In this document: positions 38,204 through 48,789 of the stretch, one piece after another
Numbering within the stretch: position 1 is the stretch's first letter
Layout: every line of letters starts with the position of its first letter
Assembly (NCBI RefSeq): GCF_006345805.1
Contig: NC_043000.1
Coordinates: forward strand, 90,334,001 to 90,398,000
Length of the DNA: 64,000 nt
Direction of reading: 5' to 3'
DNA from: Octopus sinensis
Lineage: Eukaryota
Notes under the pieces: model-generated
The model's input: only the letters and a program-made list of their open reading frames with translations
What the model was told of the DNA's origin: nothing
Database searches by the model: none
Translations under genes and position numbers: made by a program

Positions 38204-38409
38204 CTCTGAAATGAATGATTTATATTTGCCTGTAGAGTAGTTGTAACTGTTCACACAGGTCAAGGTACGTTCCACATCTGGTTTGTTTTCTTTTCTTACA
38301 TTTATTTCACACTCTTGATAGTAGACTTTGATGTTGGTTTCTATTTCCTGCCGGAGTCCCATTAGCGTTTTATTGTCCAAATGTTGACATCTGTAATCGG
38401 GTTCGAAAC
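38204..38409 (-). CDS. SLC22-like transporter exon 2 (extracellular loop)
   Basis: cctttcag|GT TTC...TCA GAG|gtaaaa; FEPDYRC...QEC...TCVNSYNYS...SFISE; three of the four conserved loop cysteines and N-glycosylation sequons NKT and NYS. Confidence 0.92.
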
Positions 38410-38511
38410 CTGAAAGGCATATATTGAAAAGCATTATATTTGATTGGAAATGAAAGAGTAAAGAAGGAAAAACTGATGGGTTTTAAGATATAAATTATTG
38501 TTGCTATCATT

Positions 38512-38720
38512 ATGGCAAGCTGGCAAAAGCTTTAACACGCCGGGCAAAATGCTTCGCGGCATTTTGTCTTTCCTTATGCTCTGAGTTCAAATTCCACCAA
38601 AGTTGACTTCGACTTTCATCCTTTCGGTGTCGATAAAATAAGAACCAGTTGAGTATTGGGGTCGATGTAATCAACTAGCCCTTTCCACAAAGTTTCAGGC
38701 CTTGTGTCTATAGAAGAAAG
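38512..38720 (+). mobile_element. tRNA-derived SINE family B
   Basis: ggcaagctggcaaaagctttaac head, gagttcaaattcc B-box. Confidence 0.75.
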
Positions 38721-38751
38721 AATAATAATTATTATTATTATTATTATTATA

Positions 38752-39240
38752 GAGTGAGAGAGCAGTGCATGCCATCAAAGTGACACTGGGGTAAAAATAT
38801 ACAAAGCCCAGTATACCCATCATGACTACCCGTCTGATAAGGGTACACCAGGCACATGCATCATAACCATATGTGCGTGACATGGTGATCTCATATCAAG
38901 ATAAACAGCGCATGACCTTGCAGGTCCCTGAATAAGGGTTGTTTAAGGATGTTGAAAGAACCACCCATGTTTCCAGAGGTGAATTATTCAAACTCCAAAG
39001 AATCCCTCTCGACACATGGCTATGGTGCTCCCCCACTACTTCTGCTCGTGATCAGAAATCCACATATTGTCAGCCACTAAGGAACATGCTTAACTGGTTA
39101 AGGTCAAACAACTGACAAGCAAATGTGTGGTATTGAGCAGAATATTTGCTGTAGCCCATCTTTTATACCAAGGCAAAGCACTTCCAATTAGTTAAGATCA
39201 GAAGCCGCGAGAGCCACTGCCTGGTACTGCATCAGTGCAT
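38752..39240 (-). mobile_element. ~560-bp non-coding (TAA)n-embedded element, internally deleted copy
   Basis: Reverse complement of 51350-51908 with deletions of about 53 and 15 bp; (ATT)n on both sides. Confidence 0.8.
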
Positions 39241-39260
39241 TTTATTATTATTATTATTAT

Positions 39261-39337
<77 letters not shown>

Positions 39338-40006
39338 TATTATTATTATTAAGGCGGTGAGTTGGCAGAATCGTTAGTTCGCTAGATATAATCGTCTGAA
39401 GAGAAGAATTATCAAAATAATCGCTACCTAAGTGCTAACGGCGAAAATGGTACTCGACATTTTCTTCAGCGTAAAAAACACACGAAGATTTCGTTGTCAA
39501 GCTAAAGCGTGTACTTCTAGATACAAAGGAATGAAACCCTTTCTATTGGCGCTGCTGATAGAAGCACGACATGACAAAAAAAATCCACAATTAGGTCTTT
39601 GACAGGTCACGGAGGGCGCTTGCTAATCGATTCCAAGCAGAAGTATTTAGTTTTTATTTGGTAGCACCTTGCCCGAGTGTTTGGGAATAATGGCGGATCG
39701 AAGACGGCCTGCAGCGCCTTCCGATAACAGTAACTGAGATGTTGTTGATGGTGAATGGTTGTACAAAGAACAAAATGGATCAAACGAAGAGAAACATTGG
39801 GTATTTGGCGTCTGAGATAATGTCAAGCACTCAGAACTCCACCAGTCGAGCATGGCGATTAAAGTTACATCAACCTTTGCAATATAGGAAAATGATAAAG
39901 GTATTTGAACTCAGAAATCTATGGTATGGAGCATTCAAATAAGAACACAACACTCTCTAAATGTCTAGTTCGTAATCACCAAAAGAAAAATAATTAAAAT
40001 GGTAGT

Positions 40007-40090
40007 TGTCAGAAGTGGGATTCGAACCCACGCCGGGAAGACCCGACTGCGACCTGAACGCAGCGCCTCAGACTGCTCGGCCATCCTGAC
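40007..40090 (-). tRNA. trnL(CAG): tRNA-Leu(CAG), variant copy (G18A, A21G), possibly non-functional
   Basis: GTCAGGATGGCCGAGCAGTCTGAGGCGCTGCGTTCAGGTCGCAGTCGGGTCTTCCCGGCGTGGGTTCGAATCCCACTTCTGACA; the D-loop/A-box invariant G is changed. Confidence 0.8.
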
Positions 40091-40548
40091 TAACTGCTTT
40101 ACTTGTTCTTTAGTTTGATATAAAATCCACAATTAGGTCTTTGACAGGTCACGGAGGGCGCTTGCTAATCGATTCCAAGCAGAAGTATTTAGTTTTTATT
40201 TGGTAGCACCTTGCCCGAGTGTTTGGGAATAATGGCGGATCGAAGACGGCCTGCAGCGCCTTCCGATAACAGTAACTGAGATGTTGTTGATGGTGAATGG
40301 TTGTACAAAGAACAAAATGGATCAAACGAAGAGAAACATTGGGTATTTGGCGTCTGAGATAATGTCAAGCACTCAGAACTCCACCAGTCGAGCACGGCGA
40401 TTAAAGTTACATCAACCTTTGCAATATAGGAAAATGATAAAGGTATTTGAACTCAGAAATCTATGGTATGGAGCATTCAAATAAGAACACAACACTCTCT
40501 AAATGTCTAGTTCGTAATCACCAAAAGAAAAAGAATTAAAATAGTAGT

Positions 40549-40632
40549 TGTCAGAAGGGGGATTCGAACCCACGCCGGGAAGACCCGACTGCGACCTGAA
40601 CGCAGCGCCTTAGACCGCTCGGCCATCCTAAC
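40549..40632 (-). tRNA. trnL(CAG): tRNA-Leu(CAG), variant copy (C3T giving U3-G70; A64C T-stem mismatch)
   Basis: Starts GTTAGGA and ends CCCCCTTCTGACA; otherwise identical to the consensus copy. Confidence 0.85.
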
Positions 40633-41090
40633 TAACTGCTTTGCTGGCTCTTTAGTTTGATATAAAATCCACAATTAGGTCTTTGACAGGTCACGGAGGG
40701 CGCTTGCTAATCGATTCCAAGCAGAAGTATTTAGTTTTTATTTGGTAGCACCTTGCCCGAGTGTTTGGGAATAATGGCGGATCGAAGACGCCCTTCAGCG
40801 CCTTCCGATAACAGTAACTGAGATGTTGTTGATGGTGAATGGTTGTACAAAGAACAAAATGGATCAAACGAAGAGAAACATTGGGTATTTGGCGTCTGAG
40901 ATAATGTCAAGCACTCAGAACTCCACCAGTCGAGCATGGCGATTAAAGTTACATCAACCTTTGCAATATAGGAAAATGATAAAGGTATTTGAACTCAGAA
41001 ATCTATGGTATGGAGCATTCAAAAAAGAACACAACACTCTCTAAATGTCTAGTTCGTAATCACCAAAAGAAAAAGAATTAAAATGATAGT

Positions 41091-41174
41091 TGTCAGAAGT
41101 GGGATTCGAACCCACGCCGGGAAAACCCGACTGCGACCTGAACGCAGCGCCTTAGACCGCTCGGCCATCCTGAC
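41091..41174 (-). tRNA. trnL(CAG): tRNA-Leu(CAG), intact
   Basis: 84-nt cloverleaf, anticodon stem CTGCG/CGCAG, loop TTCAGGT, variable arm CGGG-TTTT-CCCG, T-loop TTCGAAT; T4/T5 runs just downstream; TATA-like TTTATAT about 30 nt upstream. Confidence 0.95.
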
Positions 41175-41632
41175 TAAATGCTTTACTTGCTCTTTAGTTT
41201 GATATAAAATCCACAATTAGGTCTTTGACAGGTCACGGAGGGCGCTTGCTAATCGATTCCAAGCAGAAGTATTTAGTTTTTATTTGGTAGCACCTTGCCC
41301 GAGTGTTTGGGAATAATGGCGGATCGAAGACGCCCTTCAGCGCCTTCCGATAACAGTAACTGAGATGTTGTTGATGGTGAATGGTTGTACAAAGAACAAA
41401 ATGGATCAAACGAAGAGCAACATTGGGTATTTGGCGTCTGAGATAATGTCAGGCACTCAGAACTCCACCAGTCGAGCATGGCGATTAAAGTTACATCAAC
41501 CTTTGCAATATAGGAAAATGATAAAGGTATTTGAACTCAGAAATCTATGGTATGGAGCATTCAAAAAAGAACACAACACTCTCTAAATGTCTAGTTCGTA
41601 ATCACCAAAAGAAAAATAATTAAAATAGTAGT

Positions 41633-41716
41633 TGTCAGAAGTGGGATTCGAACCCACGCCGGGAAAACCCGACTGCGACCTGAACGCAGCGCCTTAGACC
41701 GCTCGGCCATCCTGAC
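41633..41716 (-). tRNA. trnL(CAG): tRNA-Leu(CAG), intact
   Basis: Identical to the 41091 copy. Confidence 0.95.
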
Positions 41717-42174
41717 TAAATGATTTACTTGCTCTTTAGTTTGATATAAAATCCACAATTAGGTCTTTGACAGGTCACGGAGGGCGCTTGCTAATCGATT
41801 CCAAGCAGAAGTATTTAGTTTTTATTTGGTAGCACCTTGCCCGAGTGTTTGGGAATAATGGCGGATCGAAGACGGCCTGCAGCGCCTTCCGATAACAGTA
41901 ACTGAGATGTTGTTGATGGTGAATGGTTGTACAAAGAACAAAATGGATCAAACGAAGAGCAACATTGGGTATTTGGCGTCTGAGATAATGTCAAGCACTC
42001 AGAACTCCACCAGTCGAGCATGGGGATTAAAGTTACGTCAACCTTTGCAATATAGGAAAATGATAAAGGTATTTGAACTCAGAAATCTATGGTATGGAGC
42101 ATTCAAATAAGAACACAACACTCTCTAAATGTCTAGTTCGTAATCACCAAAAGAAAAAGAATTAAAATAGTAGT

Positions 42175-42258
42175 TGTCAGAAGTGGGATTCGAACCCACG
42201 CCGGGAAAACCCGACTGCGACCTGAACGCAGCGCCTTAGACCGCTCGGCCATCCTGAC
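42175..42258 (-). tRNA. trnL(CAG): tRNA-Leu(CAG), intact
   Basis: Identical to the 41091 copy. Confidence 0.95.
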
Positions 42259-42709
42259 TAACTGCTTTACTTGCTCTTTAGTTTGATATAAAATCCACAA
42301 TTAGGTCTTTGACAGGTCACGGAGGGCGCTTGCTAATCGATTCCAAGCAGAAGTATTTAGTTTTTATTTGGTAGCACCTTGCCCGAGTGTTTGGAATAAT
42401 GGCGGATCGAAGACGCCCTTCAGCGCCTTCCGATAACAGTAACTGAGATGTTGTTGATGGTGAATGGTTGTACAAAGAACAAAATGGATCAAACGAAGAG
42501 CAACATTGGGTATTTGGCGTCTGAGATAATGTCAAGCGCTCAGAACTCCACCAGTCGAGCATGGCGATTAAAGTTACATCAACCTTTGCAATATAGGAAA
42601 ATGATAAAGGTATTTGAAGTCAGAAATCTATGGTATGGAGCATTCAAATAAGAACACAACACTCTCTAAATGTCTAGTTCGTAATCACCAAAAGAAAAAG
42701 AATGGTAGT

Positions 42710-42793
42710 TGTCAGAAGTGGGATTCGAACCCACGCCGAGAAGACCCGACGGCGACCTGAGCGCAGCGCTTTAGACCGCTCGGCCATCCTGAC
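42710..42793 (-). tRNA. trnL(CAG): tRNA-Leu(CAG), degenerate copy (G23A, T32C, A42C, variable-arm C>T)
   Basis: Four substitutions; mismatches in the D stem (C12/A23) and anticodon stem (T28/C42); likely pseudogene. Confidence 0.75.
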
Positions 42794-43251
42794 TAACTGC
42801 TTTACCTGCTCTTTAGTATGATATAAAATCCACAATTAGGTCTTTGACAGGTCACGGAGGGCGCTTGCTAATCGATTCCAAGCAGAAGTATTTAGTTTTT
42901 ATTTGGTAGCACCTTGCCCGAGTGTTTGGGAATAATGGCGGATCGAAGACGCCCTTCAGCGCCTTCCGATAACAGTAACTGAGATGTTGTTGATGGTGAA
43001 TGGTTGTACAAAGAACAAAATGGATCAAACGAAGAGCAACATTGGGTATTTGGCGTCTGAGATAATGTCAAGCGCTCAGAACTCCACCAGTCGAGCATGG
43101 CGATTAAAGTTACATCAACCTTTGCAATATAGGAAAATGATGAAGGTATTTGAACTCAGAAATCTATGGTATGGAGCATTCAAAAAAGAACACAACACTC
43201 TCTAAATGTCTAGTTCGTAATCACCAAAAGAAAAAGAATTAAAATGATAGT

Positions 43252-43335
43252 TGTCAGAAGTGGGATTCGAACCCACGCCGGGAAGACCCGACTGCGACCT
43301 GAACGCAGCGCCTTAGACCGCTCGGCCATCCTGAC
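43252..43335 (-). tRNA. trnL(CAG): tRNA-Leu(CAG), intact
   Basis: Consensus cloverleaf with variable loop TCTT; upstream TATATA; downstream T runs. Confidence 0.95.
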
Positions 43336-43954
43336 TAACTGCTTTACTTGCTCTTTAGTTTCATATATAACAAATTGTTTTAGCGTGTAAGCGTGTATGT
43401 ATTTGTTTTTCATTGTTTGTTTATTCGTTAGTTTCTTTATCTCTTTGATTCTACTTGTGTTTTCTCTTTCTATCTTTCTTTCTTTCGTTCTTTCTTTCTC
43501 TCTTTCTTCCTTCCTTTATATTCCTTCGTGTGGTGCGGTCGCTTGTGTGCATCAGTTATCCTTGAGAGCTCATCCAGCAGAGCACAAGTTCCTGCAAGTA
43601 GAGCCTCTAATTTCGGACAAGTCAAAAGAGAGAGAGAGGCCAAAGTACTAGAGACCACTTCTTCCCAGAAGTAAAAAAAATGTTTGTATTGGGACCAACA
43701 CCCCTACCTAGACCCCACCCCCAAATAAAAAAAACAAACTGAAAAAGACCAAAGTTACTGAAGCATCGATAACAATTCAAAACCAATAAAATCTGCAAGA
43801 GGGATGCTTTCTCCTATGGAAATATTCGCGAAGCTGAAACAGCAGGGATAGAAAATATAGCCCAGAGTAGAAAACAGTAGAGCAAAGTCCTCAACGGTCT
43901 ATGATCCATATGGAGCGAAGCGCTTAAGTAAATATTGAGTAAGAATGATTTCAA

Positions 43955-44157
43955 ATGTTGGCACGAGGCCAGCAATTTCGGGGGAGGGGTTAATCGATTA
44001 CATTTACGCCAGTGTCCAACTGGTGCTTATTTCATCGGCCCCGAAAGGATGAAAGGCAAAATCGACCTTAGTAGTATTTGAACTCAGAATGTAAAGACAG
44101 ACAAAATGCTGCTAAACATTTTGTTTGGTATGCTAACAATTCTGCCAGCTCACCATC

Positions 44158-44198
<41 letters not shown>

Positions 44199-44413
44199 CC
44201 TTTCTACTATAGGTATAAGGCCTGACATTTTTTGGGGGAGGGGCAAGTCGATTATATCCATCTCAGTACTCAATTGGTATTTAATTTATCGACTCCGAGA
44301 GGATGAAAAGCAAAGTCGACCTCAGCGAAATTTGAACCCGTAACGTAAAAACAGAAGAAATGTTGTTAAGCATTTTGCCCGGTGTGCAAACGATTTTGCC
44401 CGCTCGCTGCCTT
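43955..44413 (-). mobile_element. Two adjacent SINE family B copies separated by (TAA)n
   Basis: Cores at about 44040 and 44295. Confidence 0.75.
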
Positions 44414-44724
44414 AATAGTTTGTATACGTGCGAATATTGTTATGAAGTTTATTGGCGGACCTGGTCGGCTCTACGCATGATGACGCCTCTGGGACCATTA
44501 ACTTGGATTGACCTAAGCCACATCAAGCAAGAGCACGGAGCCAGAAGCCAGGAGGTTTATTGGTGCTGTAGCGGCACAAGCAGCCAGCGCCATATCGGAT
44601 GAGATCTCGCGGCAGCCATTGCCATTATTCTCGAGGATACATCATACATTCTAAAGAAAAAAAAAATCACCCACTTCAGCTCGAGGCCACCTAAATCTTT
44701 CAAGCTCTTTCGAAATGACAGGCG

Positions 44725-44856
44725 TGGCTTCCCAAGCAAATGGTTCTGGGTTCAGTCCCACTGCGTGGCACCTTGAGAATGTTTCTTCTCTTATAGTCTC
44801 GGGCCGACCAAAGCCTTAAGAGTGGATTTGGCGGACGGAAACTGAAAGAAGCCCGT

Positions 44857-44857
<1 letters not shown>
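44725..44857 (+). mobile_element. SINE family A, 5' half
   Basis: gggttcagtcccactgcgtggcaccttg...ggaaactgaaagaagcccg, followed by (TA)n. Confidence 0.8.
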
Positions 44858-44922
<65 letters not shown>

Positions 44923-44927
44923 TATAA

Positions 44928-45150
44928 CGGGAAGGTTTACGAAAATAAACAAAAGACGAAGGCAGGTGGAGTACAAACAAACAATTGTATTAATATAGCG
45001 CTCAGGAATAGAAATAGAAAAAGTCTTTTACGTTTCGAGCCTACGCTCTTCGACAGAAAGATACACAGAAAAAAACAAGGAGAGAAACAAGGAGAGAAAA
45101 AAATGCGTGTAGGAGCTAACGATCTATCTTTGGTCGGACGCATATATATA
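44928..45150 (-). mobile_element. Penelope-type terminal-repeat (pLTR-like) fragment carrying a hammerhead motif
   Basis: Homologous to 62190-62335; its minus-strand 3' end matches the 3' end of the Penelope remnant at about 16410-16447. Confidence 0.65.
45024..45061 (-). ncRNA. Minimal type-I hammerhead-like motif with A6U core (CUGUCGA), GUA triplet
   Basis: tcttt-CTGTCGA-A-GAGC gtag GCTC-GAAA-CG-TA-aaaga; 5-bp stem I, 4-bp stem II, CG palindromic stem III. Confidence 0.7.
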
Positions 45151-45408
45151 TGCGCGTGTGTGTAATTAGTAAGGCAAAACCTTATAGAATAGGTGATGAT
45201 AGATATAACTTTTGTGTGGAAGAAATGTACCAAATTTTCACTTCTAAATTTGCTCTTATAAACACAAGACAGGAACAGGCTCTAAGATATCCACACTTGA
45301 GAAAATATACGTTTAAACAATCTAAATAAACACAACTCACCATTTATAGTAATTATGCTAGTTACAATATTGATTATAATAATTAATAATATTTATACTA
45401 CTACTACT

Positions 45409-45478
<70 letters not shown>

Positions 45479-45768
45479 ATAATAATAATAATAATAATAA
45501 GAATATTAATTAAGGGATAAAACCAAAATAAGTAAAATGCCTCTGAATAAATAATGTACTCCATACAGTAACATGGAATCAAAACTGCTACAATTAACTG
45601 AAATCTGAATAAACGTTTTAAAACCACTCTTCAACTGTAATAACAGTAGAGGTGATTATAAGACCAGAATTCCATTGGATTTAAAAAGGTAACGCTATCA
45701 CATTCAACTGAATACCAACGCAGGACGCTTGTTTGAGTCAGTTCACTTTCAAAACGTCGTGAGTGATG

Positions 45769-45853
45769 GACCCTTGATGAAATTACAACGACTAGAATGC
45801 ACAATTGCATACAAAGCAATGTGCAGTCGCTGCAGTCGAAACATATGTAGGTC
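45769..45853 (+). ncRNA. Hammerhead-like motif, long stem II, GUA triplet, extra U in core
   Basis: gacc-CTTGATGA-aattacaacgac...gtcgctgcagtc-GAAAC-atat-GTA-ggtc; the 5' strand of stem II is decayed by transitions; inner helix tgcacaattgc/gcaatgtgca. Confidence 0.55.
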
Positions 45854-45857
45854 AGTG

Positions 45858-46131
45858 GGCATTCTTTCGATATAGCTCGACAAAATCAAAACATTTCACT
45901 TAGGGTATTTCCGTGGAAGCAAATGACAGTTCGATTCTGTTTCCTGCTTGGAAATTTGCGGAATTTACATACACACATGAAACAGGTAAGAACAAAATAT
46001 GCAATGCTTTTTTTCTTCAAGTTCAAAATGAGACATTGCTGGCATAATTTCGTTATATGTATACTCCACAAACAACGGAAATACCCGAAGTGAAATGTTT
46101 TGATTTTGTCGAGTTATATCGAAAGAATGCC
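45858..46131. mobile_element. MITE, 57-bp TIRs, 8-bp TSD (Merlin-like GG...CC ends)
   Basis: TIRs 45858-45914 and 46075-46131 match 55/57; perfect TSD ggtcagtg at 45850-45857 and 46132-46139. Confidence 0.9.
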
Positions 46132-46424
46132 GGTCAGTGATACATATGGTGTTGAAAACTTTTTACAAAAAAAAGTTTTGGATGTGAATAAATCTTTACT
46201 CTTCTCTTCGTTATTAAGATGTGTGTGTGTGTTTTGTCCCTCATCACCGCTTGACAACCGGTGTTGGTGTGTTTAGGTCCCCAATATTTGGCCTCCTGTC
46301 GCTGCAGCATATCATTGCTACTCATAAATAGGACCCACAACAAAAGATCCGACTTGTTGTTCCTTGAGATTTCTAGATAAGACTCGAAGCAGCTCATATA
46401 AAACAAAGTAACAGCAATGAAAAA

Positions 46425-46630
46425 AGCTATTTCAAATATTGGCAATGGATAAGCACTTTTGGAGAGGAAGGTTAGCCGATTACACCAATTCCAGTGCTCA
46501 ATTGGTACATATTTTATCGAAGCTGAAAGGATCAAAGGCGAAGTTGACCTCAGCGGGATTTGATTTCAGCATGCAAAGAGCCAGAAGGAATGCCGCTAAA
46601 CATTTTGTCCAAAGCGCCAACGATTTTAAA
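46425..46630 (-). mobile_element. SINE family B
   Basis: gaaaggatcaaaggcgaagttgacctc core. Confidence 0.7.
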
Positions 46631-47227
46631 AGTGAATCGGGTACGTCAGTCTGCTAAAGCCAAACACAATAACAATCACAAAAACAACAATAACAACAAC
46701 AACAACAACAATAACGATACCATTCTAATCTCCATTTTCTTTCTCTATGTCCCTGAAAGTCCCGCCTCCTCACAATCTCATAAATGTACTTCGTGCTGAT
46801 GTCAATACCAATGAAGTTAACATGTGGTTGCATAATTAGCTGACTTAATGAATTCTTAATTAAGGTATGGAAACATGGTGGGTGAATTAGTATTGTCTTT
46901 GTTGTTGAGCCCCTGATCAAACATGATTAAACAGATTTATTGTTAAAGACACTCTAGTCCTGACCATCTCGTCTTTTTAGATGTATGACTACATAAAGAC
47001 GACAAATTGGTAGAATCGATAGAGCGTCGGGTAAAATACATTGCAGTATTTGTTTCGGCTCTTTACATTCTGAGTTCAAATCCCACCGGGGTTAACTTCA
47101 CCTCCCTTTCCTCCTGGGTCGATAAAATAAGTCTCAGGCCAATGGATTAGCGGAAATGTAAGGGCGTTGAGCATAATACTATGCGATATACTCACACATG
47201 TGTATATATATTATTCATTAGCAAGGA

Positions 47228-47572
47228 TAGTTGTTGAGACCCCCTTCGGTCATGACTGACCGTGGGATTGTACCTAGAAAGTTACCCTCCCAGGCACAAG
47301 TCCGGGCAAGGTTGTTTTATGGAAGACCAGCAGTCGCTCATGCATACCGGCCTCCCCTCTCCACGCCACCAGTGTTATCTAAGGGAATGGCAAGGGTCGA
47401 TACAGCTTGGCACCAATGATGTCACAACTCATTTCTGCAGCTGAGTGAACTGGAGCAACGTGAAATAAAGTGTCTTGCTCAAGAACACAACACGCATCCC
47501 GGTCCGGGATTCGAAGTCACAACCTCACGATCGTAAGCTCAACGCTCTAACCACTGAGCCATGCGTCTTCAG
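47228..47572 (-). mobile_element. SINE family C (tail type 1), full length
   Basis: Head gaagacgcatggctcagtggttagagcg (A box), gacttcgaatccc (B-box-like), ttcttgagcaagacact core. Confidence 0.85.
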
Positions 47573-47590
47573 CAAGGATAGTATTGGCAG

Positions 47591-47630
47591 CAATTCCGAG
47601 GTTTCGGCCTGCTAAGCCATCTTCGGATTG
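47591..47630 (-). ncRNA. Hammerhead-like motif (CCGAAGA core, GGA triplet), degenerate
   Basis: caat-CCGAAGA-T-GGCT tagca GGCC-GAAAC-ctc-GGA-attg. Confidence 0.5.
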
Positions 47631-47724
47631 ATAATTATCATTTAACAAAGCTCAGCTTACTCAAGCAAAATTTAGCTTAACAGAGACTATATAAAACAAA
47701 GATGAACTTATATATTAATGTGTG

Positions 47725-48040
47725 TGTATGTGTGTGTGTGTGCTTGTGTTGTCATCCTCGCTGCTTGACGACCGGTGTTGGTTTGTTTACATTCCCGTTA
47801 TCCAGTGGTTTGGCGAAAGAGGCCGATAAAATATGTACCAAACTTTCGATTTGTTCGGCAAAACCACCGAGGCAATATCCCAGCATGGCCGCAGTCCGGT
47901 AAGTAGCTTCCTTACCAACCACATGGTTTCGGGTTCAGTCCCACTGCGTGGCACCTTGGGCAAGTGTCTTCCACTATAGCCTCGGGCCGACCAAAGCCTT
48001 GTGAGTGGATTTGGTAGACGGAAACTGAAAGAAGCCCTTC

Positions 48041-48079
<39 letters not shown>

Positions 48080-48178
48080 TGTGTGTGTGTGTCTGTGTTT
48101 GTCCCACCAACATCGCTTGACAACCGATGCTGGTGTGTTTACGTCCCCGTAACTTAGTGTTTCGGCAAAAAAGACCGT
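47725..48178 (+). mobile_element. SINE family A, old 3' half followed by a younger truncated copy
   Basis: cagcatggccgcagtc at about 47882 runs into ggtaagtagcttccttaccaaccacatgg. Confidence 0.75.
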
Positions 48179-48789
48179 GTATACACACACACACATGTAT
48201 GTGTGTTGTGCGCGTGTGTCCCTCTCACCACCGTCTAACGGTGAATGGATACAATGTCATAGATACATGCATTCAAATATGAACCTACCTATACATATAT
48301 ATAAGCACACACAATCATATAAACACGTACACACACTCATATATATACGCTTACATTTATATATATATGTCTATCTACACATATATATGTCACTATTTTC
48401 ACGGACAACGGTTTAAATTCAAATTTTAAAAAAAATTCTTTAAAAAATTCTTTATTGTGTTGATAGCATTAATAGGTGTGTTTCTGTTACTATTAGTTTT
48501 TTTAAAATTCTCGTCTTCATTGTCAATGTTGCTGCTATCATTGTTGTCAATGGTGCTTATTGCTGTGTTGGTGTTGGTGATGGTGCCACTGTCACTATCT
48601 ATTCTTTCGTTTTGCTACCATTGTTATTGTTGTTGCTGCTGGTGATGATGATGTCGTTATTGTTTCTGTCGCCGAGACCCGTTGCATCGACATTGATGGT
48701 GGCGGTACTTTGACTTAAAATAGGGGAGGATCTTGCCAAAAATTTCAACGCCATGACTTGATTCTTTTTAAAAATGTGTGAGTTCCAGA

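Larger units (their letters stand above)
39580..43362 (-). repeat. Tandem array, 7 x 542-bp units, each carrying one tRNA-Leu(CAG) gene
   Basis: tRNA 3' ends at 40007, 40549, 41091, 41633, 42175, 42710 and 43252 (spacing 542 x4, 535, 542); spacers nearly identical. Confidence 0.97.

Noticed and set aside
39580-43362. CRISPR-like or SINE-array interpretation of the regular repeat
   Set aside because: The DNA is eukaryotic, the spacers are near-identical rather than unique, and the conserved part is a full tRNA cloverleaf with a proper 3' end and terminator, not a SINE head.
39647-43413. Repeated 67-81 aa ORFs on both strands (MLDWWSSE..., MLLMVNGC...)
   Set aside because: They are by-products of the tRNA-array spacer. 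They have no recognisable domain or splice support, and unit 6 carries a frameshifting 1-nt deletion.
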